From assembly GCF_004010195.1 (NCBI RefSeq), contig NC_057727.1, positions 17,437,306 to 17,501,305 of the forward strand: a stretch of 64,000 bases of DNA, in the 5' to 3' direction. The position numbers and the translations under genes were made by a program. The DNA is from Chiloscyllium plagiosum. Lineage: Eukaryota. The notes beneath the pieces were generated by a model. The model was given only the letters and a program-made list of their open reading frames with translations, was not told the origin of the DNA and searched no databases. Below, one piece after another: positions 12,861-26,104 of the stretch. The stretch's first letter is position 1; each line of letters begins with the position of its first letter.

Positions 12861-13190
12861 AATGTAATTTGCAGGGTGCATGTAGAAAGGCAGTTTCTTC
12901 TTATGGAGAATCTAGAACGAAGGAGTCACCGAATTAAAGCAAATATTAGGAGAAATTATGTCGCACAGATATTGTGAATCTTTGGAATGTTCTTTCTCAA
13001 AAGGCAGTGGAAGCACATCCTTTGAATATTTTTAAGGTAGAATTAGATATACATTTGTTAAACAAAGAGATGCAGGGTTGTCACGAACAGGTGGGAAGGT
13101 GGAATAATAAGATCAACCATGATCTTCCTGAATAGTGAAGCAGGTTTGAGGAACCAACTCCTGCTTCTAATTTATATGTTTGTATGTTTT
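12861..13190 (+). mobile_element. Old CR1 3' end
   Basis: GESRT, VNLWN.L motifs and a CR1-type 3' tail. Confidence 0.65.
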
Positions 13191-13633
13191 GCTGCATTTG
13201 CCAACAGTACTGTGCAGAGAGTGGCAGGTGCTTTTTTTCCATGGGTTAAAATTTAAATATATAGAGAGCATATGCAGGACTGGTGAGAATTAACTGAATG
13301 TTAAGTGAATTAGAAATGTGCCTACAATGTGTTTGTGAGGTACAATGAGCTCAAAGCTCATTTTTATGTCTGGTTACATACCATACAGTGTCAAACACAA
13401 GTGATGTGAGAAATATTTTTAAGAAGTGCAACGTAGTCCAGTCCAGAGTCAAGTCAAATCATGATTCTGCATTCACTTTACCTTTTTTGATTTGTAACAA
13501 ATGGAATACTGAAGTTTTAGCATCAAGGCTGGCCATTGACTATAGGTGTTACAACCCAGACTTTACCTTCTAATGCATTGGATAGCTCTGAGCAAAACAA
13601 CAGTTTAAAATTTTGCCAAATTTTGGCTTTTAC

Positions 13634-13743
13634 CTTAACAGCTTTCTCCACAAGGCGCTTGCAGGTTTTCATTCTATCAAGATTTAGCTCTGACCCATTC
13701 ATGTGAGGCTTTTGGAATTTAATCTCTTTGGTTACCAGATTCT
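13634..13743 (-). CDS. TTLL3: TTLL3 coding exon
   Basis: ccacag|AG AAT...GTT AAG|gtaaaa. Encodes NLVTKEIKFQKPHMNGSELNLDRMKTCKRLVEKAVK, matching TTLL3 (NPDRLKNAK.LV.KA.K / MNRLRNAKIYVERAVK). Its phase 0 end fits the exon at 1734-1917. Confidence 0.85.
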
Positions 13744-14209
13744 CTGTGGAATCAATTAAAAGAAATTCTTAAATCTCACATCAACTTGCATTGGGTCTAA
13801 ATGCTCTGGCAAGTTATAGGATCCAAATCCACAATAAAATAATCTCCCTATTAAACCATAAATAATTTCTGCATAAACAGTAAAATGTCAGCAGATTGGT
13901 AATAACACAATTATCTTACCTTCAGTTTCAAAGAGATAGATAATAAAGGTCTATGCGATACTCCAAGGAATGTCTAAATGCTACTTGAATTGTGAAGTTG
14001 TTATTAAGAAATACAGTTGATACTGCAAGATTACAAATTATCTCATATTGTTGCATTTAAAATATCTTACAAATACCTTTCAAAGCAAAATGTTTCTATT
14101 TCAGGCATTATTCCTTGCCTGCAAATTTAAATGTGGAGACAATAGAGTGGGCAGACATTCTGTGAGATTACTGTGGTAGATCTCTCACTTAAAAAAAAAA
14201 TTGATCCAA

Positions 14210-14342
14210 TATCAAGGGGAAGGGTCAGTCGACCCAAATCGTTAACTCTGATTTCTCTCCACAGATGCAGCCAGACCTGCTGAGCTTTTCCAGCAATTTC
14301 TGCTTTTGTTTCTGATTTACAGTATCTGCAGTTCTTTCCATT
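14210..14342 (+). mobile_element. Older Penelope-terminus-derived short repeat
   Basis: gaagggtcagtcgacccaaatcg..agatgcagccagacctgctgagcttttccagca..tgatttacagtatctgcag; flanked by duplicated ttgatccaatatcaa. Confidence 0.7.
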
Positions 14343-14569
14343 TTGATCCAATATCAAAACTGATTAAATGTAAAAGACACAGGTACAGTGTATGTAAAAG
14401 TTTCAGTGAGAGAATAATCCAGATAAACAGTATGAAAATAATATCAACTAATAAAATAATATAAAAATGTACACTTTAAAATGCAATTCAAAAATAATAC
14501 AGGTGTACAGTATGAAAATTACAATTATAATGAGATGATGTTTACTGTACAGGTATACCATGAGAGAAT

Positions 14570-14975
14570 GATAGTAACATCGTTCATGTGGTAGATACAT
14601 ACAAGGTTCTACGAGTGCTTGACACAATAAATGTTGAGAAGATCTTTCCAAAGTGGGGGAAATCTTGGACTACTGGACATAGTTACAGAATAAGGGGAGA
14701 CTAGGTTAAAACTGAGATACAAAGCAATTTCTTCTGCCAGACAGTAATAAATGTCTGGAATTCTCTATCCCAGAGAGTCAGGGAGGGTAGACTACTAGAA
14801 GTATTTAAAAAGGACGTAGATAGATTTTCAAGATGTCAGAGAATTGATTGCTATGCTGACCTTGCACAAACAGGAGATGTGGCCTGGGGTAGTTCAGCCA
14901 TGTTCTGTTGAATACAGGGCAGTGTTGAGGGGCCAAATGGCCTACTCCTGCTCCTATGTCTAATGTTCTTATGCT
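14570..14975 (+). mobile_element. CR1 3' end
   Basis: GH SYRIRG, VINVWNSL motifs and the tail ggccaaatggcctactcctgctcctatgtc. Confidence 0.75.
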
Positions 14976-17399
14976 CTAACAGCAGAAGAATACAGGTCTA
15001 CCGTGCAATATCAATGCAATATGCATAATGGAAATTACAGGCAGTGTCAGTCACAGGAATACAAAGCATGAGTATGTGTGAGTATGTCCAAACCACACAA
15101 AACCAGTGAGAATTGTAGTTATAATGAAAGCAATGCAACTGTGCAGAAGTTGTTTGTATTGTGAGAAGTTACAGATGCAAGCACAAGTGGTCTAAGAGTA
15201 CAATTTGAGTGTCTGTGATTCACAGTGAATTATAAGCATTGCATTCACCCTATCAATATAGCAAATGTGCAATGTGAATGAAACGTAACATGAACATCAA
15301 AAGTCCTTGTGAATTTCAGATACAATGTGAATCAGTGTGATGTACAAATTAAGAATCAGTTTGAGTTCAAGATGATATGGCTACAACAATACTGAAGCAA
15401 TATTTTTCTCACCACAACTCTTGTTTGTCCCTTTGGCTTCAGTATAATGGGATTTGCAATTCTGTTTCAAACTGATTCCATCCATGATTTGAACTGGGTC
15501 ATCCTGTTTCGCAGGAACTGGGTCAATGAGAAGAGAAATCTAATTAAGACATGGATACACATGGATTCCCAATTCTGTGAAATCTAAATCAGGCAGAGGG
15601 AAGTAAATCACCATTCTTCTAATGCTTCGATTCCTAACCTTTTATGTGCTTCCATAAAATTACTTAGCAGGATTTTATTCATTAAGTTTGAGAGCTGCAT
15701 ATTACTTTGGCTCACTTTCTAAAAAGTAGTTGTTTACCTCATCCAAAACCCTGTCTCCTATCAAACATGACGTGCATAAAGCTATAATGAGTGCATGATT
15801 ATGATAACAGTGTTATTTTTTCAAATATTCTGGTTCAGTGGAGGGGCTAAAATGCATGTTCTATATGACTTTGCTTTGACGATGCATCAAAATTGCTGTG
15901 CAGTGCTTAGGATGGAAATTCATCCTTCCTATCTGTTATTACTCTCTAAATCCATCCAAGAATGAATAGGTTATGTGTAGTTGATTTCTTAATTTACTCA
16001 TAATTATTGGCAGTATGAGGCTTTGTTCAGGTGTGGCTTAGCTATAATGCAAGAAATCACATTAAATACGATACATTAACCCCTGATTAAAACCTGCAAT
16101 AGTAAGCGATCAATCCCACTCTGGTTCATATAGATGTACAAATCTTGTATTGATCAAATCATCACCTGAAATAACATTAATGGATAAAGATCATAATATG
16201 CTCATGAATTTTCTGATCTTTTGAAAAATGGTGCGAATTTGAATCTGACCAGCTATGGTGCTTTTAAAAGCTGCCTAGAGCCAATTGGTGGGCTGATGAT
16301 GAAATTAGCAAAAGTGGGTCAATTTTTCGAAGGAAAAGTGTGATGTTTTAATAAATTTTGAGAGGAGCCACACCTGCAATGCAGTGGTTCAGTACTTTCC
16401 CAACTTTTTCTCATTGTGACCCCTCATATTGAGGCTTGAAAATTTTGTCATGACCCCTCAGTGAGAGTGTGAGAATGGGATAAGAACAAACTTAATAGAA
16501 AGGGCCAGTTACATTGGCAGCACAGCCATTAAAAAATTGGATGGAGCTCCACATCGGCTATTACCGAGTCAGGACCCAGGACTCAAATTTCACTTGTGGT
16601 CTCTGACCCACTGCTTTGGGAAGCCCTGCAGTAGTTCCACAACACTTTCCACCTTACCATTCTCCTCGGGACAGCTTCCACCAGCCATCTTGTCCTTGAT
16701 CCTATAGGTATTTTTGCTCTGTTCTGAAAGTAACAGAACTGTTAGAATTATGAACTGTCCCAACAAAATTAGCAGCTTGTATAAGAAATTGAGAGCTATG
16801 TGATATTTGTGTCACAATAATAATTCTGCCCACAAATTAAAGCTAGAGGGTTTTTTTGAGTTTAATTTATTTTCTTGACAGATTTGTAAAGTTAAAGGAA
16901 CTGCAAAATTTCTGATCAACTTCTATAGAGGGGTGGTAGTCTGTCAAACAACAATTCAATAAACTGAATGATCACATACGAATGTTTATTGGACGGTTAT
17001 GCCAATACCCCTCTCCACTAACAACTATTTCAATAGTGCTAAGCTCCAGTTCCACATAACACTGCTTTATTTCTTCCTCTGGTTTTCATTTTCCTTCAAC
17101 AGGAACCCTTATTTCCTCATCTCATTCCATGAAGATACTTGATTAGGCAAAGGAAAGGAGGCCACTTTTTTCTTTCCTTTCATTAAGTCTAATGGAAGTA
17201 TCTGTTTTCTTTTTGACTTGAAACTCTGTTACAATCGCAGACCAGACTGACAAATCCATTATGATCCATTTACGAGCCAGTAACTTTTGTCTAAAGTGGG
17301 TAAAATTTGAAATTCCCAGTTAATTCAAAGAGAATAAAGTCACACAATTCCATAGTTACAAAAAACAAAACAAATTTCTACATAAATATGAGTAAAATG

Positions 17400-17830
17400 T
17401 ACAAACATACAAACAAGGTACAAGAGTAGGATATTCGGCCGTTAGAGCCTGCTCAACCAGTCAATAAGATCATGGCTGATCTGATTTTGCTTTATTGCTG
17501 CATATCCCCAATAATCTTACATCTCTTTGGTAATCAAGAACCTATCTACCTCTGCCTTAAAAATATTTTAAGATTCAAAGACATATAGCCTTCTGAGATA
17601 AAAATATGTTTCCCATCTCTGCCTTAAACCTTATTTTTAAACTATGACCCCTAGTTTTAGGTTGACAAGAGAAAACACCTTTTTGATATCCACTAAGTCA
17701 TGTCCCTTCAGGATTTTATATGTTTCAGTTAAGTCATCTCTAATTCTTCTGAACTCCAGGGAATACAGGCCTTGTCTGTTTAGCCTTTCCTCATCAGACA
17801 ATCCATTCATTCCATTGATTAGTCCAGTAA
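17400..17830 (-). mobile_element. CR1 3' end
   Basis: Minus-strand ORF GLSDEERLNRQGLYSLEFRRIRDDLTETYKILKG plus tail. Confidence 0.8.
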
Positions 17831-18148
17831 ACAACAATCAAAAATACCTATCTTATCTTCATACCTCTAGTATTAATATGAGGTAAACATGAATTACCCA
17901 GGCAAAGTGGAGTTAACACACTACAAACTGCATTTTCAATGAAAATCACAGCAAGACAGATTCCACTAATTTCTCAGCAAGCCACCAAGACTTCAGTGAA
18001 TCACAACTTTTTACAACTCTGTCCCGCTCGTGAGAGATTTAATCCCCTCTCTTTCAAAGATCCAGCCTCTGATTTCTATTAAATGTCACTCCAACTTGAT
18101 TGCCTCAATAAATATTGGCCTCCAAATTACTCAATCTCTTTTTACTAA

Positions 18149-18326
18149 TGATTTGGAGATGTCGGTGTTGGACTGGGGTGTACAAAGTTAAAAATCACAC
18201 AGCACCAGGTTATAGTCCAACAGGTTTAATTGGAAGCATTATCACCTGATGAAGGAGTGATGCTCCGAAAGCTAGTGTGCTTCCAATTAAACCTGTTGGA
18301 CTATAACCTGGTGTTGTGTGATTTTA
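18149..18326. mobile_element. Palindromic short insertion with a central hammerhead ribozyme and 12-bp TSD
   Basis: TSD tctttttactaa at 18137-18148 and 18327-18338; inverted arms at about 18190-18238 and 18278-18326. Confidence 0.85.
18243..18277 (+). ncRNA. Minimal type I hammerhead ribozyme motif
   Basis: cac-CTGATGA-a-GGAGT gat GCTCC-GAAA-GCTA-gtg: stem I cac/gtg, stem II, palindromic stem III AGCU and a CUA cleavage triplet. Confidence 0.85.
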
Positions 18327-20028
18327 TCTTTTTACTAAGACTGCATCATGATAGATTCAAAAGATTGCAGTCTCGCATCTAAGCATTGCATAATTTCAGC
18401 AATCGAGCTGCTATGAGCAGAACCTCAATGCTCACCAGCACATCTTTTGCTCCAACTGCCAGCTTCACTAATGTAGGTTTTCTTATTGATCCACATGCCA
18501 GTTCTCCAGCAGATAGCTTCGTATTAGCTTCACTTAGCCGAAAAGTATTCCCGAGCTTTCTAGAGACCCATTTGAACAGCAACATAAAGCCACCATGTAC
18601 TCAGCCCTAAACAAGTGTCCCTGAGCCCATGAAACAAGCACACTACTTAATACTGTAACACTTTAGCTGGGACACAGGTCTCTTCCCCTGCTTCTGACTA
18701 ACTGTTCACCTGCCGTACACAAACCTTTGAACTGATCATTTAATCTAACAAAACATTCCAACATGATCCTTCTCCCATTCCTAGGTGAAATTAAATGTAG
18801 CAACCACTGGTACATTCTCTGCCTTAAATTTTACAATGTCTAATACCCAACTATCAGTCTCCACACCTGCCAACTTTGAGAGCACACAGACAAACAAAAA
18901 TGATTTAATTGCAGCTTCTAATTTGGCTGTGTTCCTTGCGGCTCTGTACCTAGAATAATTGAAATAACTTGACAGTTTGAATTATGTGGATGGTTGAAAA
19001 GACAACTTGGACCCATTGGATGAAGTTTAGAAGGTCTAACAGCTTCTAAAACAACCGGAACAAAGTGCCAGAGAACCAAGATGGGCCTTTCAATCAGCCT
19101 GTATCCAGATATCTGCCTTTGATCACCTTCCAGGGTTGGTGGACAAAGTTCCCTATCCCACCTCCAATATACTTGAACCAAAGCTAGATGTAACGAGGCC
19201 ATTTAAAGCAAGTCTTATTTGCCAAATTAGGAACGTTCAGGCTTGAGCTAACTGCTTTTGTGGGAAAATATGTATCCTAAAGTTTTTTGCATTAGATTTT
19301 AATTTAGTTTCTACTCCAATGAGTCAATTACATAAAAGGATTCCATGACACGATCTGAAGTATATCGGTATTAATTCTACTTCATTCCTCAAGGAATTGT
19401 TTGTAGCCAAGAGACTTACATAGTTGGTCTAAGTAGCCTGTGACTTTCTACCAGTGCAAATGGCCTCTTCAGAGATTGGGTTGCTGGATCAAGGTGGATG
19501 GATCTTCCTTATAGACTGAGGTTGTTAGCTAACTGAATAATTGTCAGGCCAAAGATTGGAATCTAATTCTTCCTTTATACTCAGTTTGTTAATTGCTAAA
19601 GATCTTGTCTTATTCAATTGCAAAAATGTCCCTTTTTATAGTGCTTAATAAGACTCCTATGAGAGAAAGAGATTGTTATGATTTATCAAGCAGAATAGGA
19701 GGATTTTGACTCAGTTCCAGGTGTCTGAGATGGTGACATAACTAATTAGCTTGTAATATCCTGTTCGGTAGGGTATCAGGTTCCAAGTTTACCTCTGATT
19801 TGCTGAGATCTTTTTGAGTCTCCTGTAAATTAGTTGAATGATACTAAAATATCTCATTAGAAAGGTAGGTATTAGGAAATGTGGTGAAAACAACCAAAAA
19901 TATAGTGCACAATGTCACAGAAAAAATTGCAAAGAGGAAAATTGACAGAGTTACCATTGGAACTTAAGAATTTTTGAAATTTGTAACTAACTACACCTCA
20001 TTTCAGTAGGTTTGCTAATAACAAGCTT

Positions 20029-20147
20029 AAGGGCCTGTGCCCGAAGCGTCGAATCTCCTGTTCCCTGGATGCTGCCTGACCTGCTGTGCTGTTCCAGCAA
20101 TAAAGTTTCAACTTTGATCTCCAGCATCTGCAGACCTCACTTTCTCC
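20029..20147 (+). mobile_element. Penelope-terminus-derived short element (5' half of the ribozyme core missing)
   Basis: Near-identical to 40251-40369. Confidence 0.85.
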
Positions 20148-20614
20148 ACTGAAGTATTGAGTCAATCTGCTCCACATCATTACAGACCAAAAAAACCAAT
20201 ATACTGATAAATGATCGAAACTTGCATAACAACCAGTTACTTCCAGTGTTTCTTCTTCATTGTGGTTCTGAGTTAATAATTTTCCCATTCTCATTTCACC
20301 TTATTTTTTCTCACCTCTCTATACACATGGATCTCCACTTATCATGTCAAAACACCAACTTGTAAACTCTCCCTCCTTCTTTCTGACATACAAGATTGTT
20401 GTGAATGTGTTCCTCACCCTGAAGGAATCTTGTGTGATTTGGATATCTACCTTTCTGGTCTGACTAGAAGAGTTTTGTTGAGTACTCAATATGACATGTA
20501 TTGCATTATGGCAAATATTTACAGATGACCTGAATAGCACCTATATACCAAGCAGAATATTAGAAACATAAGGCTGTCTCCTACAAATTCCATTCTTATT
20601 CTAATGGTTTGATC

Positions 20615-20848
20615 TCATTCATCTATTTGTGTGTAGTTCTTCAACCTTTTGCTTTTCTGTAGCTGTGTTCTGCTCTGGCATATTTTCTGAACGTGACTTA
20701 TTTTGTTACAGTAAAAACATTCAGTTTTAAAAACTGGGCACTGTTCTGTTCTCTGAAGTATTTTTGTTCCATAGTGTTGGCAAGGACATTTATCATTTTC
20801 AAATTGATGGAAATACCTGTCAATTTCATGGTTCTCCTCTTTTACCAA
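20615..20848 (-). mobile_element. Gypsy-like gag remnant (zinc knuckle)
   Basis: CQHYG..QCPVFKTE-CFYCNKISHVQKIC, a CX2CX4HX4C knuckle at 20678-20719 preceded by a decayed first knuckle. Confidence 0.6.
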
Positions 20849-21244
20849 AAGAGTTTGCTGTTAATTAAGCATTGAAATCATTGACTGATCAAAGAGTAGC
20901 AACCTGATTTAATCTACAACAATAAATTTGCATTTATATAGTGTCTTTAACATAGCAAAATATCCAAAGGCACCTCACAGTTATCAAGCATAATTTGAGT
21001 TATTCAGCAGAATGTTAGGCAGGTGACCAAAAGCTTTGCCAAACAAGGAGGTTATGAGAAGATTATGTAGGAGTTCAAAATGGAGAGGGATATGGATGAA
21101 CTTCCAAAGCTTTGAGTAAAGGGCATACCTGTCAACGGTGGAATAATAAAAATCAGAAATGTGCAAGAGACTGGAATTCAAGGCTGACCGTCAGTGACAT
21201 TGCTGTCAATCTCAGAATATCCTTTGACAACGAGGCACAGTAAT

Positions 21245-21608
21245 AAAAGCAGATGCTTTTATTTCTGAAATCTGAAATAATAGTAAAATACTATAGAGAC
21301 TCAGTAGATCTGATAGCACCTGTCTAACACAGTTAACATTTCAATTACATTCTGAAGACAAGCCATATTGGACTCCAAACACTAAAAGGGTACAGTAAGT
21401 GTTTTGAGTTCCAAGAAAATAGACATCCTTAGAGCAGGTAGAACCTTGCCACCCAAATGTAATACTGTATTAGTTATGAGTTGTGAATAAGAGTCAAAAC
21501 ACTAATTTCTGTTTCTCTCTCCTTAGATGCTGCCAAATCTGATAAGCATCTCTACCATTCTCCGTTGATCTTTCAGATTTCCAGCATTTGCAGTATTTTG
21601 CTTTTATT
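21245..21608. repeat. Old inverted pair of Penelope-terminus-derived repeats
   Basis: aataaaagca..tgaaatctgaaa on the left and tttcagatttccagcatttgcagtattttgcttttatt on the right; decayed ctgaaga core at about 21352. Confidence 0.55.
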
Positions 21609-21747
21609 CATTATATTCAAGAGTGAATTTCTTTCTACACATAATGTAAAATCCCTTTATTCACAGCATCTACGTCAGAATTTAGTCATTTGGTCCTGAG
21701 AACTATCGAATTTGACAATATGCATTTTATGTTTTAAAAAAAATCAC

Positions 21748-21857
21748 CTTTCTTGGTTCTCACAACATTTGGTTGTGTGTGCCTTTTTCAGCTGGACATG
21801 GCGATGGTATCCAATTTGGATGCAACATTTTTGTTCATCTTCTCTCTAGTATACTAC
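21748..21857 (-). other. Candidate TTLL3 upstream exon (ATG at 21838, in-frame TGA at 21790-21788)
   Basis: ctgtag|...AAG|gtga. The ATG frame ends in phase 1, compatible with exon 13634-13743. No homology evidence. Confidence 0.35.
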
Positions 21858-23610
21858 CTACAGATATATAAGTGTATTGTTTTAGAAGAATCAGGAAAAC
21901 GTATGCACAAAGACAATTAAACTCAAGTTTAAAAATTCAAATGTAACTAAGATGTTTAGTAATATTGTATTTAGTTTTATTAGGATGTAATTTTAAAGAA
22001 AAATATACTGAAATATTGCTGGTAAATTTAAATGGAAAAACTGATCCAATCATTATGAATTTTTCCAGTCACACTGATGCCTACCTATTTGCTACTGATG
22101 TCTCTCATTCCATTCCTTTATGTCCTCTAATGTCATTAATTCTTTTGTGGAAAGAACATTTCACATTGGTGGAGTATTTTTTTGTGAAGATGGGAAACAT
22201 TAACCCTGACGCGCTCACTGACCTGTGAGTGAGTGCCCGGCTAGCTAATGCGTAATAGTCTGGTAAATTACTCCGCAGCTGAACTATGCTCTCCCTTACC
22301 AGAAGGAACAAAATAGGTAAACACTAATGTTAACACAGTGAAAAGAAAGAATAAAGTTTACCTGTTCATAAATGTTTATTCAGAAGATAATCAGTACAAA
22401 TGACTAGAAGTTATGTGCTTCAATCACTGATTCCAACAGGTTCTCAGTTAGTTTCATCTTGTGTGTTGAATCCAGGAGGTTTGGCTGCAGTTGCTGTTTA
22501 TTCAACAAGAATTGAATGTTAGTTTTGTTGTCTCTGATAACCTTATATGCTGTCTTGTTACAATATATCTTATATCATTACCACAATGTTGCATGAGTTT
22601 TGTCCTGGAATTACTGGGAGTTGAAAGCTAATCTCTTTCTATTATCTCTTTGTACTTAGTTCCTTTGTTTCATATCCTATTTTTATACTGTTGTTGTTAC
22701 TTATTATTGTCTTGATTTTAATTTGTGTTTAATATTTTGTTTCCATGACTTGCAAGTTCAGTCTTTTATTATCCTACTTCCACTTTACACTTTTGGGCTT
22801 CTGGACTATATGTGGATAACAGCCGTTTTGATATTAGGTTTACTTTTTAATAACATTAATATGTTACAATTTGCAAACCCTTATACTTCACCAGTAAACT
22901 AAAAGTGCAAAATGAGCTCATTGTTATGGGAAAATTCAATGAAAGCAAGTTATACTCCATGGAATTAACTTTTAATTTTAAGTTGCTTCTTTCAAATTAT
23001 CTGAGAATTGAAACAATTGCAACCAAATATACAGGTTGAAGTTTTCTTTATGCTTCTTAATTCAAATTAGTGGATAATTTGAGTGATTGTGCAAAAATAT
23101 TAAATTGTCATCAGTCAACTGTATTTTAATTAATTACATTGTACAGTCCACAAGTACTGAATTCATATTTAGATCAAACCTAACAATGACAAGAGTTTGT
23201 ACTTAAAATAGCGACAGTATTTGTTTCCAAACATGATCCAGTTACAAAATTGGCATGCATACCATTATGCATTAATATAATATTTGTCTTTACTGCATTA
23301 TTTTACATTTTGGGCAACAACATTAGGGACTTACTGTGAATTCACATACCACAAATAGTTGTATGTATAAAATATGTAGAGGACTTATTTTCCTGTTGTG
23401 ACTGGTACAAGGCAAGCAACTTTGTTGTCAATATTTTAAACATGCCCTCAGGATAAGAAGACCTCACATTGCATTAAACATTGCAGACAGTCTAACACAT
23501 TTACTCAAGGCTGTGAACACAAAGGTTTTCAAATTTGCTTAGGGCAATGTTACTACATGCAAACCTTCAGCTTTTATGCTTATATTGTCTTGGGTTTTGT
23601 TAGATTTTAC

Positions 23611-23834
23611 TATAGTGATTGTAACAAGGTCAGCCAAGTGGACCTCATAGAATATGAGGCCTGTTAACTTGATCCAATCAAGGAGTCCTATCTGACAGAT
23701 ATGAACAGGAGTGTCAGAGATTCTGTTGACACTGACAGCTGGCTGTGAGGGAGCTGCATCCATGTCAAGTACTAGGCACATGTAAATAAAGGGTGATGTG
23801 ATGACAGGACACCAGTTTCTGTCTAGATATTTCA
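23611..23834 (+). repeat. 5' LTR
   Basis: t(a)tagtgattgtaacaagg...tgtaaataaagggtga...tatttca; homologous to 27512-27739. Confidence 0.85.
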
Positions 23835-26104
23835 GTGGCAATGAGAAAAAAAAGCACATTCCTGAAGAAATTCGCTCGCAACAGATGTCTTTGAGTTGGA
23901 GTAAGCATTTATGGCATCATGCTATTATTTGGGAAGCTTGACTCGTTCAATCCCGCCGTCAAAGGCTGGGCCCAGTATGCGAAAAGGCATTATTTTTTCC
24001 AGGCAAATGAGACTGGAGCAGATGAAAAGCAACGAATAATTCTCCTGACAGCTTGTGGTCCCGCAGTGTTTTTTCGGTTATTAGGAGCCTAACATCACCT
24101 GATACTAAAAGCTTTCAAGAGTTGACAAATTTAGTTAAGGAATATTATGGCCCCAAGCCTCCTCTAATTCTGAGAAGAATCTCTACTATGTGTTTTACTT
24201 GGCAGTTCAAGAACCAGGGGAATCCCTGTTTTGAGTTTTGACGAGGTTAAGAAGACAGGCAGAGGCATGTTTTAATGAGATGTTGAGAGACTGTTTGGTA
24301 TGTGGGATTAATAACCATGTAAAAGCACCAATTAGCTGAAGCCCAACTGGACTTCAAACAGACACTGGACTTCAAAATGACAACTGACTTTGTCATTAGA
24401 AAATGCAGCAAGTGAAGCATATGAATTATAGGGCATGCCAATGGAAGTGGACATCCTCGCCAGACCAACTGAGCTTGAGGGACACCTCATGACTGAAAGC
24501 AATAGCATAGTCTCACTCAGGACATATATTGAACAGGTCAGCCCACAGCAAAACCCCAAAACAAAGCCAAGTCTCGGCCAAAGAGTTAACATATTCTTTA
24601 GGATTCAGGCCAGCAAGTCATTGTAGTTGCTGCTAGTATGTGAACTCAAGACAGCAAAAAGGGTCCCACTAAATTGAGAATGAGAACTCGTAGGGTGGTA
24701 TCCAGGATAGTTAAATTGCATAGCAACATCCAAATTAGAACCAATCAAAATAAATATTTAGTTAAATGGTCACCTGGTTCTAATGGAGGTCGATACCACC
24801 GTGGATGTTTCGGTGATTGCAGAACCAGTTTCTAACAATATTCGCTCTGGACTCCAGCCCTTATGTTTGTGCAAGACGTTGGCTAGATTGAGAACCTATA
24901 CTGGGTTACCTTTACAGATTAAGGGTAGAATTTCTCAAATGAGATTCAGCTGGTTCAGTTACCACTGATTGCAGTAAAAGACTTGGGCCCAAGCTTGATG
25001 GGGTGAAATTTGTTGAGAAAGATTCAACTTGATTGGCTTAACTTTTTTCAGTTCAGAAATAGCTGCCTGAGTAAAGTCCTAATTAAACATCTGGAGTTTT
25101 TCAGGATTGCATGTTGACCAGGAAGAAATTCCACAATTCTCCAAGGTCTGCCCAGTGCCAGTTGCTTAACATGCAAAAGGAGAGGCAAAAATAAGAAGGC
25201 TGGAAGTGAAGGAATCATCAAACCAACTACTTTATGGAATGGGTAGCATTGGTTATATCAAATGTGAAACCCGATAGGTCGGTTCGCCTTTGAGGGGTCA
25301 AATGGTAACAAATGGTAAACTGCTGGATTAATACCCAATCCCTCACATAGAGGACATACACAAAGCTGGTGCAGTGGTTTTCCTTCACAAAGCTGGACAT
25401 GAGCAATGCGTACCTGCAATTGCAGTGAGATGAAGCTTCCCAGAAGTATGCTACAATTAATACCCTTAAGGGTTTGTACCAATATATGTGACTGCCATTT
25501 GGGGTATCATTAGTCTATGCCATTTTTCAGCCATTCTCACACTCCTTTTAAGTACTATGGATTTATATTGATGTAGCTGCACACATTAGTATTTGTCCAC
25601 CAGATCTGTCTGTACTGTGGAAAATTCTAACGGATCCATTTTATCATCGAGAGCAAGAATGACCGTCCTAAGCAAAGATCATTGCCAGAAACTGGCTGAA
25701 CACCTGTCCAAAATGAAGATATTTGTAAGAGGTTACAGCGTTGGGATGTAGACATAGCCATGTTGAATGTTCAGAGTGCCGACAAGGACAACAATTATCG
25801 CCAGCAGCTCCCCCACATTTATGTCTAAACTTTGAAGGCAGGCTTAAAGACGTAGCCTGCATCTTCAATTCATACCAAACTGTCCCAGATCCTATTAGAT
25901 TATCGGACCACTGCTCATGCAACAAATTGATTACACCAGCAGAGTTGCTAGTGGGGAGCAGATTTCCTGGACCTGGGGTGGAGGATCAAATTGCATCAGG
26001 AAGGCCAATGTCGGATACAAGCCTCCTGTAAGCGAGAGAGACAGTTTACTTCAAGGGACAAAGTTTGGTGCTGAAACATGGAAATGGCCCTGCATGGGTA
26101 AGAG

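Noticed and set aside
18379-18610. Overlapping 68 and 74 aa ORFs
   Set aside because: No recognisable motif or supported splice structure.
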